From positions 1 to 60,204 of the forward strand of contig JBPCIO010000151.1 in NCBI GenBank assembly GCA_051006215.1: 60,204 bases of DNA, written 5' to 3'. How positions within the stretch are numbered: the first letter of the stretch is position 1; each line of letters starts with the position of its first letter. The position numbers were made by a program, and so were the translations under genes. The notes under the pieces are model-generated. The model did no database searches. It was given only the letters and a program-made list of their open reading frames with translations, and had not been told where the DNA came from. This DNA comes from Chloroflexota bacterium (GTDB taxonomy: Bacteria > Chloroflexota > UBA6077 > CF-72). Below are positions 40,298 to 48,777 of the stretch, one piece after another.

Positions 40298-41473
40298 TCA
40301 GGGCCGCTCGGTGGCGCGGGCTAGCTCGGTGCGCGTAACCAGCCCGATCAGACGACCTTCGGCCATCACCGCGATCTGCTCGGCGCCCTCTTCGAGAATG
40401 AGGTGCAGTGCGCCCAGCGCGGGTGCGCTCGGCTCCATCGCCGGCGCGGTCTCTATCGGCAGCATGGCGCGGTCGATGGTCGTCCCGGCCCAGCTGCGAG
40501 CCGGGATACGGCGTACCTGTTGCAGACTCAGGAGTCCGATCAGAGACTCCTCGCGATAGACCGCATAGCCGCGCGGGCCGACGGGCGTGCCCTTCGCGCG
40601 CAGATGCTGCTCGGCGAACGTTTGCACCGACACGCTAGCTTGAATGCGACCAAAGTCGCGGTTCATGATTGAACCGACGGTGAGGCGGCGCAGCGACTCC
40701 TGGAACACGGTCGCATATTGCGAGCTTGCCGCCCCCGCATACATGAACCACGCGATCATGATCAGCCATAAGCCGCTGAGTGCCCCGGCGCTTCCGTCGA
40801 AGAGAATCCAGACGCCCGAGAACAGGAGCCCCACCGCCGCCACCTGACCTACCCGCGCTGCCACGGCGCTGCCCCAGCGTAGGTCTCGACCCGCGAACCA
40901 CAGCACAGCGCGAAGCACGCGTCCCCCGTCGAGGGGATAGGCTGGCACCAGGTTGAAAATGGCAAGTGGAATGTTCATCGTCGCCAGCCACAGACCGAGC
41001 GCAGCAAGCGGTGGCGCCACCTCCCATAGCGTCAAACTCATGAGCGCGGCGACCAGCCCCACGCCAAGACTTGCCGCCGGACCCGCAATGGCAATAAGCA
41101 GCTCGGCCCGCGGCGACGGTGACTCGCGCGTGATGTGGGCCATCCCACCAAGCAAGAACAGACTGATCGTGCGTACGGGAATGCCGAACGCACGCGCCAC
41201 CAGCGCGTGGGCGAGCTCATGCCCATACAGACTCACCACCGACAACAATGCGGCGACCACCGCCATCGACCACAGGCCGACTGGCGTCCAGCCCAGGCGC
41301 AGGCCACGCAAGGTTGAGTACGCGACGTACACCAGCAGCGCCAGCAGCACCAGCCAACTCCAGTTGGCGGTGAACTGGATGCCGAACAGCCGAAACAAAC
41401 GCATCGAACCCCGCGACCCGGGCTCGCGCACCAGCGATCGGAGGGTCAGTTCGTCCGCGTCGTCTGTGTTCAA
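40298..41473 (-). CDS. Site-2 (M50) metalloprotease with a C-terminal CBS pair
   Basis: HELAHALVA (HExxH), NLVPAYPLDGGRVL, C-terminal CBS-like region. Confidence 0.85.
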   Translation of the reverse strand: MNTDDADELTLRSLVREPGSRGSMRLFRLFGIQFTANWSWLVLLALLVYVAYSTLRGLRLGWTPVGLWSMAVVAALLSVVSLYGHELAHALVARAFGIPVRTISLFLLGGMAHITRESPSPRAELLIAIAGPAASLGVGLVAALMSLTLWEVAPPLAALGLWLATMNIPLAIFNLVPAYPLDGGRVLRAVLWFAGRDLRWGSAVAARVGQVAAVGLLFSGVWILFDGSAGALSGLWLIMIAWFMYAGAASSQYATVFQESLRRLTVGSIMNRDFGRIQASVSVQTFAEQHLRAKGTPVGPRGYAVYREESLIGLLSLQQVRRIPARSWAGTTIDRAMLPIETAPAMEPSAPALGALHLILEEGAEQIAVMAEGRLIGLVTRTELARATERP

Positions 41474-41480
41474 CCCTACC

Positions 41481-41870
41481 CTAGTGCGGAAGGACGAAGT
41501 ACAGCAGAATCAAGATCACCAGCAGCGAGCCGATCACCAGGCCAACACGCCGCAGATCGCCGAGGACGTATGCGTAGTCTGCCGTATACGCTGAAAACGG
41601 CAAGGGCGCAGCGCGGACCCCGCCGCGCGTGGACGTGCCAAGCGAGCCGAACTCGAGCGGTGTCCTGCGCTCCCCCCGCGATCGTCCGTTGGCTGGCGGG
41701 TCGAACGCCGGAGTCGTCTGGCCGATGTCGTCGGACGCGACGCTCTCCTCGGCCTCGGCGGCCGACTCAGGCGTGCCGAAGCGGTAACGACTCTCTCGAA
41801 TGGGTCGACGCCGCTCCCGATCGCGGCGGGCAGCCATCCGACGCTGGAGATCTCGGTTTACGCGTGGCAT
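41481..41870 (-). CDS. Hypothetical tail-anchored membrane protein (Arg-rich N-terminus, C-terminal TM helix)
   Basis: 129-aa ORF. C-terminal VGLVIGSLLVILILLYFVL. Confidence 0.5.
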   Translation of the reverse strand: MPRVNRDLQRRMAARRDRERRRPIRESRYRFGTPESAAEAEESVASDDIGQTTPAFDPPANGRSRGERRTPLEFGSLGTSTRGGVRAAPLPFSAYTADYAYVLGDLRRVGLVIGSLLVILILLYFVLPH

Positions 41871-41903
41871 CAGCCAGGGTACTGCGGAGTATAGCGGAGG
41901 TCG

Positions 41904-42983
41904 CTAGCGGTCAATGGTTCCACCCCCCAGCACGTATTCGCCTGAATAGAAAACGAGCGCTTGGCCCGGGGTGAGTGCTTTCTGTGGTTCGTCGAAATCA
42001 ACCACGACGCCGTTGCCGTCGACGCGGACAGTGCACGGCACTTCCGGTGACCGATAGCGCGCCTTGCCCATGACTCGCACCGGCTCAGTCGGAGGCTGCC
42101 CGTCGATCCAGCTGACTTGCTCAAGGCGGCAAGCCGATTTCAGCAGGTCCTGGGGACCACCCACGACCACGGTGTTGGTGGCCGGCTCCAGCCTGGTAAC
42201 GAATACGGGCTGTGCAGCAGCGATTCCGAGGCCCCGGCGCTGGCCGACGGTGTGCAGCGCCACCCCCCGATGCTCGCCGATGACGGTGCCTTGCTGGTCG
42301 ACGATAGGCCCAGGCTGCAACACCTCCGGGGCGTACAGCTCGATGAACTCGCTGTAGCGCTTAAACGGCACGAAACAGATGTCCTGGCTCTCGGGTTTGT
42401 TGGCGACTGCCAGGCCAAGATCCGTCGCCATCTGACGGGTCGTGCTCTTGGCAAAGCCACCGAGAGGCATGAGCGCTGCGCCGAGGCGGTCCTGAGACAT
42501 GACGTACAGCACATAGCTCTGGTCTTTGGACAGATCGGCCGCCTTGCGCAGGCGATGCGGCGCACCAGGCTCGGTGGCATGCTCGATGCGGGCGTAGTGG
42601 CCGGTGGCAACGTACTCGGCGCCAAGCTGGCGGGCCTTCACCAGCAGCGCGTCGAACTTGATGAACTGGTTGCACCGAATGCAGGGGTTCGGCGTGCGAC
42701 CGCTAGCGTAGGTCTGGACGAAATCCTTGATGACTTTGTCCTCGAAGACGTCGCGGAAGTTCAGGACGTAGTAGGGAATGTCGAGTTTGTCGGCTACCCG
42801 CCGAGCGTCCTCGACCGCGCCAAGCGCACAGCAGGCGTCCTCGCGCTGGATCTCGGGCAGGTTGGGCAGATCGGGCCACACGTTCAAGGTGACCCCGATC
42901 ACGTCATACCCCTCCTGCTTGAGCAAGGCGGCCGTAACGGAGCTGTCCACGCCGCCAGACATGCCAACGATCACGCGCGCCAT
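41904..42983 (-). CDS. mnmA: tRNA 2-thiouridine(34) synthase
   Basis: PP-loop GMSGGVDSSV at the ATG 42983 start, CIRCN, C-terminal barrel. The ORF track start 43121 runs through a repeat fragment. Confidence 0.9.
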   Translation of the reverse strand: MARVIVGMSGGVDSSVTAALLKQEGYDVIGVTLNVWPDLPNLPEIQREDACCALGAVEDARRVADKLDIPYYVLNFRDVFEDKVIKDFVQTYASGRTPNPCIRCNQFIKFDALLVKARQLGAEYVATGHYARIEHATEPGAPHRLRKAADLSKDQSYVLYVMSQDRLGAALMPLGGFAKSTTRQMATDLGLAVANKPESQDICFVPFKRYSEFIELYAPEVLQPGPIVDQQGTVIGEHRGVALHTVGQRRGLGIAAAQPVFVTRLEPATNTVVVGGPQDLLKSACRLEQVSWIDGQPPTEPVRVMGKARYRSPEVPCTVRVDGNGVVVDFDEPQKALTPGQALVFYSGEYVLGGGTIDR

Positions 42984-43034
42984 GGCTACCAATTCTAACA
43001 ACGCGAGAAGATGACGAAAGAAGACGGTTTCGTC

Positions 43035-43114
43035 GTCGTGGGCTGTCGCCCGCTCCCACGGCTGCTCGCCCAGGACCTCGCCTCGAGGCGAACTCGGAAG
43101 ACCACTCCCACGAC
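43035..43114. repeat. Internally deleted mini copy of the MITE-like family
   Basis: GTCGTGGGCTGTCGCCCGCTCCCACGGCTGCTCGCCCAGGACCTCGCC parallels 33094-33142. It ends in the inverted CCCACGAC and has a central CGCCTCGAGGCG palindrome. Confidence 0.6.
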
Positions 43115-43148
43115 TGCGCACTGGCGCGGGCGAGTTGCGTCTCTTATC

Positions 43149-43634
43149 TCAGGCGGAGATGGGGATCTCGGTGAGCTCGCCGGTCTCGTCCATGGGGTCG
43201 TTTTTGGAAATGCGCCAGGCACGCACGCTGGGGGTGGTTGCGTCTTCCAGGCTGACCAGGACCCAGAACACGCTCAGGTCTCGCGCCAGGCGAACGTCGG
43301 TCGGCGACGGGCGAGCTTCGGTGTGCGTGTGCGAATGGTAGTAGCCGACCACGTCGAGTCCGGCGTCTTCGATCTCGTCGTAGGCGCGCAACTGGTCCAT
43401 CGGGTCCATGTAATAGTGAACGGCGCGACGGCCAGCCGAGGCCACCTGCGTGTGCCGATCGCGGAAGACCGCTCGTTCGACGCCGACCTCGTCTGCCGTA
43501 TTGCGCACACGCCGGACACGCTGGACATGATTGTCGCGACCGCCCAGAATGCCGCACACCTCGTCCGGGTGGCCCTCTCGGGCGTGGGCGATCAGCTCTT
43601 CGCGCACAGCACCCGTAATGATGAGGCTGGTCAC
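43149..43634 (-). CDS. mec: JAMM/MPN+ metalloprotease (Mec+-like, CysO C-terminal processing/hydrolase)
   Basis: EVCGILGG ... YHSHTHTEARPSPTD (JAMM motif). GTG 43634 overlaps the cysM stop (GTGA). Confidence 0.8.
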   Translation of the reverse strand: MTSLIITGAVREELIAHAREGHPDEVCGILGGRDNHVQRVRRVRNTADEVGVERAVFRDRHTQVASAGRRAVHYYMDPMDQLRAYDEIEDAGLDVVGYYHSHTHTEARPSPTDVRLARDLSVFWVLVSLEDATTPSVRAWRISKNDPMDETGELTEIPISA

Positions 43635-44599
43635 CACCAGACTTTGTCGCGTACCGACGCCTGGGCCTCCTCCAGCGGCTGGCTCCATACGCCGAGGCTC
43701 AGATACTTCCAGCCGGCATCAGCAAACAGGCACACGATATCCGCCTGCTCGTCCTGAACCCGGGCGGCGACGCGCAACGCGGCATGCAGCACGGCGCCCG
43801 AAGAAATTCCAGCGAAGACGCCCTCTTGCTGAGCCAGGCGGCGGGTCACAACCAGCGCGTCGTCCGAGGTCACGAGGATCTTTCGGTCGAGGATTCTGGC
43901 GTCGAGTACGGGCGGGATGAAGCCCTCGTCGAGGCTGCGCAGTCCTTGCACGGCGTCGCCCGGGTGCGGCTCGGCGGCAATCACCTGCACCCCTGGCTTG
44001 TCTTCTTTCAGGCGACGCCCGGTGCCGGTGAGTGTGCCGCCAGTTCCAAGTCCGGCTACGAAGTGCGTGATCGAGGGCAGGTCCCGCAAGATCTCCGGGC
44101 CAGTGGTCGCGTAGTGCGCCCGGGGATTGTCCGTGTTGCCGTACTGATAGGGCATATAGAAGCGCTCCGGGTGCTCTGCCACGAGCTGGCGGGCACGCCG
44201 GATAGCGCCATTGCTGCCCAGCTCTCCAGGCGTAAATTCGAGCGCTGCACCGTACAGCTCCAGCAGCTGACGGCGCTCGATGCTGACGTTGTCCGGCAAC
44301 ACAGCCAGAAATCGATAGCCGCGGCGGCCGCCAAGCATCGCCAGCGAGATACCCGTGTTGCCGCTGGTCGGCTCGACGATGACGCGGTGCGTACCGGGGT
44401 ACAGGTCACCTCGGTTTTCCGCCGAGTCGAGCATAGCCAGGGCTATGCGATCCTTGACCGACCCAGACGGATTGGCGCCTTCCAGCTTGGCCCACAGGCG
44501 GATGCCTTCGCGCGATTGGAAGGTGGGCAGCTCGACCAGCGGCGTGTTGCCAATCGTGGACTCGAGAGTGGTGAATGTGCGCGGCGCCGCGAGGACCAT
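43631..44599 (-). CDS. cysM: PLP-dependent cysteine synthase (CysM-type, thiocarboxylate-dependent by context)
   Basis: LEGANPSGSVKDRIA PLP-lysine motif, GTGGT loop. Gene order matches the cysO-cysM-mec arrangement. Confidence 0.85.
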   Translation of the reverse strand: MVLAAPRTFTTLESTIGNTPLVELPTFQSREGIRLWAKLEGANPSGSVKDRIALAMLDSAENRGDLYPGTHRVIVEPTSGNTGISLAMLGGRRGYRFLAVLPDNVSIERRQLLELYGAALEFTPGELGSNGAIRRARQLVAEHPERFYMPYQYGNTDNPRAHYATTGPEILRDLPSITHFVAGLGTGGTLTGTGRRLKEDKPGVQVIAAEPHPGDAVQGLRSLDEGFIPPVLDARILDRKILVTSDDALVVTRRLAQQEGVFAGISSGAVLHAALRVAARVQDEQADIVCLFADAGWKYLSLGVWSQPLEEAQASVRDKVWW

Positions 44600-44614
44600 C
44601 GTCGAGACAGCGCG

Positions 44615-44890
44615 CTAGGAACCGCCGGCGACAGCCGGCAGGATCGAGACCACGTCTGCGTCGGACACGGCCGTCTCGAGCCCCTGCAGGTACCGCACGT
44701 CATCGTCGTTGACGTAGATGTTGACGAACGGCCGCTGCGCGCCGCCGACTTCCAGGAGCTGCCCGGCGAAGCCGGGGTGGCGCTGGTCGACGTTCTGGAT
44801 CAGCTCGCGGAGCGTCGAGCCGTCCGCGACCAGGCTGCGCTCGCCGCCGACGGTCGGCCGCAACATGGACGGGACGCGTACGTTTGCCAT
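44615..44890 (-). CDS. cysO: MoaD/ThiS-family sulfur-carrier protein ending -AVAGGS
   Basis: 91 aa beta-grasp-type sequence. C-terminal Gly-Gly followed by one extra Ser. Confidence 0.8.
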   Translation of the reverse strand: MANVRVPSMLRPTVGGERSLVADGSTLRELIQNVDQRHPGFAGQLLEVGGAQRPFVNIYVNDDDVRYLQGLETAVSDADVVSILPAVAGGS

Positions 44891-44896
44891 CAGCGC

Positions 44897-45763
44897 TCAG
44901 CCAAGGGTTGTCACCGGCGCACCGCAGAACGCCTCATAGTCGACGAGCTCATGAATGGTCGGATGGTCGCCACACAGCGGACAACTCGGATCGCGCGGGA
45001 TTCTCACCTCGCGGAATTCCATGCTCAGGCTATCGAACAGCAGCAAGCGATTGACCAGTGGCTCACCGATGTCCAGGATCAGCTTGATCGTCTCGACCGC
45101 CTGGATCGTGCCGATGACGCCACACATGGCGCCCAGCACGCCCGCCTCTGCGCAGCTCGGCACCGCCCCCGGTGGAGGCGGCGACGGAAACAGGCAGCGG
45201 TAACAGCCGTGGCCTGGCAGGAACACGTTGGCCCGACCCTCGAAGCGGAACAGGGTGCCGTCCACGAGCGGCTTGTTCATCAAATACGCAGCATCGTTGA
45301 CGAGATAGCGGGTCGGAAAGTTGTCAGACCCGTTCACGACGATGTCGAAGCCGCGCACGATGTCGAAGGCGTTGGCTGAGGTGATCGGCTCGTTGAAGGT
45401 CGCCACCTCGACGTCCGGATTCACGTCCTTCAACCGGTCACGCACCGAGTCGACTTTCGCTCGGCCGATGTTCGCGTGGCCGTGGATGATCTGGCGATGC
45501 AGGTTGCTCAGGTCGACGCTGTCGTAATCGACGATGCCGATCTTGCCGACACCCGCGGCTGCGAGATACAGCGCGGCAGGTGAGCCCAGGCCGCCAGCGC
45601 CGATAAGCAGGACCTTTGCCGCCAGCAGTTTGCGCTGACCGATGGAGCCCACCTCGGGCAGGATCAGATGGCGCGCATAGCGCCGCGCCTGGTCCAACGA
45701 CAAGGCCGGGCCGCGAATAGTTCCGTTGGTGGTGCCGTTGCTCGAGGTCACAGAGTTCTCCAT
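44897..45763 (-). CDS. ThiF/MoeB-family E1-like adenylyltransferase (no rhodanese domain)
   Basis: LLIGAGGLGSPAALYLAAAGVG nucleotide loop. Zn-ribbon CxxC pairs (GCYRC, CPLCG). 288 aa. Confidence 0.85.
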   Translation of the reverse strand: MENSVTSSNGTTNGTIRGPALSLDQARRYARHLILPEVGSIGQRKLLAAKVLLIGAGGLGSPAALYLAAAGVGKIGIVDYDSVDLSNLHRQIIHGHANIGRAKVDSVRDRLKDVNPDVEVATFNEPITSANAFDIVRGFDIVVNGSDNFPTRYLVNDAAYLMNKPLVDGTLFRFEGRANVFLPGHGCYRCLFPSPPPPGAVPSCAEAGVLGAMCGVIGTIQAVETIKLILDIGEPLVNRLLLFDSLSMEFREVRIPRDPSCPLCGDHPTIHELVDYEAFCGAPVTTLG

Positions 45764-45766
45764 TGG

Positions 45767-46264
45767 TCAGTGCTCAGTCTTCAGTAACGCCAGGTGTGCC
45801 GGAAGCATTCCCGCCGCCCCGTCGTGCCCGCGGTGGGCGCGAATCTGCAGCTGCTGTTCGAGCAGCTCCTGGATCGTGGTTCGGTCCAGGACACGCTGCG
45901 ACGCCTCGGTCGCGGCGAGCCACGCGTTGCGGACAGCACAGGCCGTCTGCAAGTCCGCAGCGTCGGAGGTGGAGCCTGGCCCATGCACGAACTCGTGCGG
46001 GACGACCGGACCTTCAAGCGCGGTCACGATGTCGCCCAGCGTCAACTGCCGCGGGTCACGCGCTAGCTCGTGCCCGCCATGCGGCCCGCGCACGCTGCGG
46101 ATGATGCCCACGCGTCTGAGGCAGCTGAGGAGCTGATCGAGATACGCCTCGGGGATTTTCTGGCAGGCGGCGATGTCGGCGCACTGGACGGGCCCCTGCC
46201 CGGCGCGGCGGGCGAGCTCGATGATGGCGTGCGCGCCATAATCGCTACGCATAGTGAGTCGCAT
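45767..46264 (-). CDS. Rrf2-family transcriptional regulator (CymR/IscR-like)
   Basis: MRLTMRSDYGAHAIIELA ... IPEAYLDQLLSCLRRVGIIRSVRGPHGG. Confidence 0.85.
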   Translation of the reverse strand: MRLTMRSDYGAHAIIELARRAGQGPVQCADIAACQKIPEAYLDQLLSCLRRVGIIRSVRGPHGGHELARDPRQLTLGDIVTALEGPVVPHEFVHGPGSTSDAADLQTACAVRNAWLAATEASQRVLDRTTIQELLEQQLQIRAHRGHDGAAGMLPAHLALLKTEH

Positions 46265-46272
46265 GCTGTTCG

Positions 46273-46282
46273 ATCTATAGAT
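46273..46282. promoter_or_regulatory. 10-bp perfect palindrome in the rrf2/DUF62 divergent spacer (candidate Rrf2 operator)
   Basis: ATCTATAGAT, 9 nt upstream of the rrf2 start in an AT-rich 50-bp spacer. Confidence 0.3.
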
Positions 46283-46314
46283 ACCTGACTAACTGAATCA
46301 ACATTGTACAGAAT

Positions 46315-47094
46315 ATGCCGATTGTCACGCTGCTGACTGATTTCGGGCTCGACGACACGTACGTCGGGCAGGTCAAGGGCGCCATTCTGAGCCTCGCCCC
46401 CTCGACCACCCTCGTCGACCTCACGCACGCCGTACCGCGCCAGGATGTCCTGGCCGGCGCGTTCCTGATCTGGTCTGGGGTCGAGCCGTTTCGGGCCGGC
46501 ACCATCCACCTGGCGGTGGTAGATCCTGGGGTCGGCTCCAATCGGCGCGCAATCGCGATTCGCTCAAGTCGCGGGGATGTCTTCGTCGGGCCAGACAACG
46601 GCCTGCTCTGGCCGGCTGTGGAACGCCTGGGTGGCTGCCGGGCGGCGGTCGAGCTAACCCGGTCGGCCTACTGGCGAACGCCGTTCCAGGAGGGCGTCTC
46701 GAGCACGTTTCACGGGCGCGACATCTTCGGGCCTGTGGCGGCCCACCTGGCCGCGGATGTGCCACTCGAGCGCCTCGGGCCAGCCGTCGAGCAGGTGCAG
46801 CGCTCGTTCGCACTGCAGGCGCCAAACGGCCTCAACGGGCAGGTCCTGCACGTCGATACCTACGGCAACCTGGTGACCAATCTAGCGGCCCAAAACCTAC
46901 CACCCGGCCTTCAGGTTCGGGTCGGCGAACACATCGCACCCTGGGCAGCCCACTACGCGGCGGTCGAGCCAGGCGCACTGCTGGTGCTGGTCGGCAGCGC
47001 CGGCTTGCTCGAGGTCTCGGCACGCAACGCCAGCGCCGCCACCATCACCGGCGCTACCCGCGGCACCCCCGTCAGCATCGTCGTGCGGAATTGA
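46315..47094 (+). CDS. SAM hydrolase / SAM-dependent halogenase family protein (DUF62, SAM hydroxide adenosyltransferase)
   Basis: MPIVTLLTDFGLDDTYVGQVKG ... VVDPGVGS. Confidence 0.8.
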   Translation: MPIVTLLTDFGLDDTYVGQVKGAILSLAPSTTLVDLTHAVPRQDVLAGAFLIWSGVEPFRAGTIHLAVVDPGVGSNRRAIAIRSSRGDVFVGPDNGLLWPAVERLGGCRAAVELTRSAYWRTPFQEGVSSTFHGRDIFGPVAAHLAADVPLERLGPAVEQVQRSFALQAPNGLNGQVLHVDTYGNLVTNLAAQNLPPGLQVRVGEHIAPWAAHYAAVEPGALLVLVGSAGLLEVSARNASAATITGATRGTPVSIVVRN

Positions 47095-47101
47095 CCGATC
47101 G

Positions 47102-47377
47102 CTAGCCGCCGGCCACCGCCGGAACAATGCTCAGCTCGTCACCTGGTTTGAGCTTGGTTTCGAGGCCGCCCTGGAAACGGACGTCCTCGCCGTTGACATA
47201 CAGGTTGACAAACCGGCGCAGCGCTCCGGATTCGTCTCGCAGCCGGCCCCGCATGGCGGGGTAGCGCGACTCCAGGTCGTCGATCAGACCGACCACCGAC
47301 GCGGCTTCGGAGCTGAGCTCTGCGACGCCATCAGTTGCGGAGCGCAGCGGCGTTGGAATGCGAACACGAATGCTCAT
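47102..47377 (-). CDS. MoaD/ThiS-family sulfur-carrier protein ending -AVAGG
   Basis: 91 aa from ATG 47377. C-terminal Gly-Gly directly before the stop. Lies 7 nt downstream of the ThrC-like gene. Confidence 0.8.
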   Translation of the reverse strand: MSIRVRIPTPLRSATDGVAELSSEAASVVGLIDDLESRYPAMRGRLRDESGALRRFVNLYVNGEDVRFQGGLETKLKPGDELSIVPAVAGG

Positions 47378-47384
47378 GTGTATC

Positions 47385-48674
47385 TCACAACCTCTCTTGG
47401 GGCTGGCCAGCATACGCTGCCTCGAACGACGCCAGTGTGGGTGCGATGCGCAAGGCCGGGGTCACCAGCTCGGCGACCGCGTCCACTGTTTTGAAGCCGT
47501 TGCCAGTGATGTAGGCCACCACCACCTCGTCCGGATCGATCTTGCCCAGGCGCGCCAACTTCTTGAGCACGCCCACGGTCACGCCGCCCGCCGTCTCGGC
47601 GAAGATACCTTCGGTTCGCGCCAGGAGTCGAATGCCCTCAACGATTTCCGCATCGTCCACGGCGTCCAGTGCACCGCGCGTCTGCTCGACAATCTTGAGC
47701 GCGTAGTACCCGTCGGCGGGGTTGCCTATCGCCAGGCTCTTGGCAATCGTGCTGGGCCGCACCGGTCGGATGTCGAAGCTCTTCTCCCGCGCGGCCTGGA
47801 CCACTGGCGAGCAGCCTTCAGCCTGTGCGCCGATCATTCGGACTGTTCCGGGCGCGACCAGTCCGACCGTTTGGAGCTCTGAAAACCCTTTATGGATCTT
47901 GGTGAACATCGAGGCGCTAGCAATCGGGACCACGACGCTGTCCGGCAGCCGCCAGCCGAGTTGTTCTGCGACTTCGAAGGCCAGCGTCTTCGAGCCTTCC
48001 GAGTAGTACGGACGCAGGTTGATGTTGACGAACGCCCAGTGATACAGGTCCCCAATTTCGCTGCTCAACCGGTTGACGTCATCGTAGTTGCCGTCCACGA
48101 CGATGAGCGTCGGGTCGTAGATGCCTGCGCCGACGATCTTGGCTGGCTCGAGATCGGCAGGAATAAAGATGCACGCCTTCAACCCAGCCTTGGCAGCGTG
48201 CGCGGCCACGGAGCCTGCCAGGTTGCCCGTAGAGGCGCACGCGATGACCGAAAAACCCAACTCTACCGCGCGCGTACAAGCGATCGATACCGGACGATCC
48301 TTGAAGGAAAACGTGGGGTTGACGGTGTCGTTTTTGATCCACAGATTCCGCAGCCCCAAAGCGCGACCAAGATTGTCGGCGCGGACAAGGGGCGTGAATC
48401 CGGTGTGCGTATCGACGAGTCGATCACCTTCGATGGGTAGCAGGGCGCGGTACCGCCAAAGCGTGCGCGGGCCGCGGCCGATGCTCTCGCGCGAGAGCGT
48501 GGCGCGCACCACGTCGTAGTCGTACGCCACCTCGAGAGGCCCGAAACACACCTCACACACGTGCCGGGCGTCGGGCGCGTACAACTCACCGCATTCGCGG
48601 CATTGGAGCCCACGGATGCGGCGCGCGCTGACTGGCGCAGCAATCGGGGGCTGAACCTGGGTGGTTGTGCTCAT
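47385..48674 (-). CDS. Threonine-synthase-family PLP enzyme with an N-terminal zinc ribbon (possible O-phosphohomoserine sulfhydrylase)
   Basis: GGGAGGA RBS before ATG 48674. CRECG...CEVC ribbon, TFSFKDRP PLP-lysine motif. 429 aa. Confidence 0.8.
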   Translation of the reverse strand: MSTTTQVQPPIAAPVSARRIRGLQCRECGELYAPDARHVCEVCFGPLEVAYDYDVVRATLSRESIGRGPRTLWRYRALLPIEGDRLVDTHTGFTPLVRADNLGRALGLRNLWIKNDTVNPTFSFKDRPVSIACTRAVELGFSVIACASTGNLAGSVAAHAAKAGLKACIFIPADLEPAKIVGAGIYDPTLIVVDGNYDDVNRLSSEIGDLYHWAFVNINLRPYYSEGSKTLAFEVAEQLGWRLPDSVVVPIASASMFTKIHKGFSELQTVGLVAPGTVRMIGAQAEGCSPVVQAAREKSFDIRPVRPSTIAKSLAIGNPADGYYALKIVEQTRGALDAVDDAEIVEGIRLLARTEGIFAETAGGVTVGVLKKLARLGKIDPDEVVVAYITGNGFKTVDAVAELVTPALRIAPTLASFEAAYAGQPQERL

Positions 48675-48777
48675 GACGTCCTCCCTTGCAGTGAGAAGAA
48701 ATCCAGAGGGAGAGCTCGTCATGGCGCGGTGCGTCACGCGTGTGTTCCGCTTCTTCACCAGCGAAGACTCACGGAAC

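Noticed and set aside
43784-45379. 531-aa plus-strand ORF
   Set aside because: It is antisense to the cysM, cysO and E1 genes, all of which have diagnostic motifs. It has no motif of its own.
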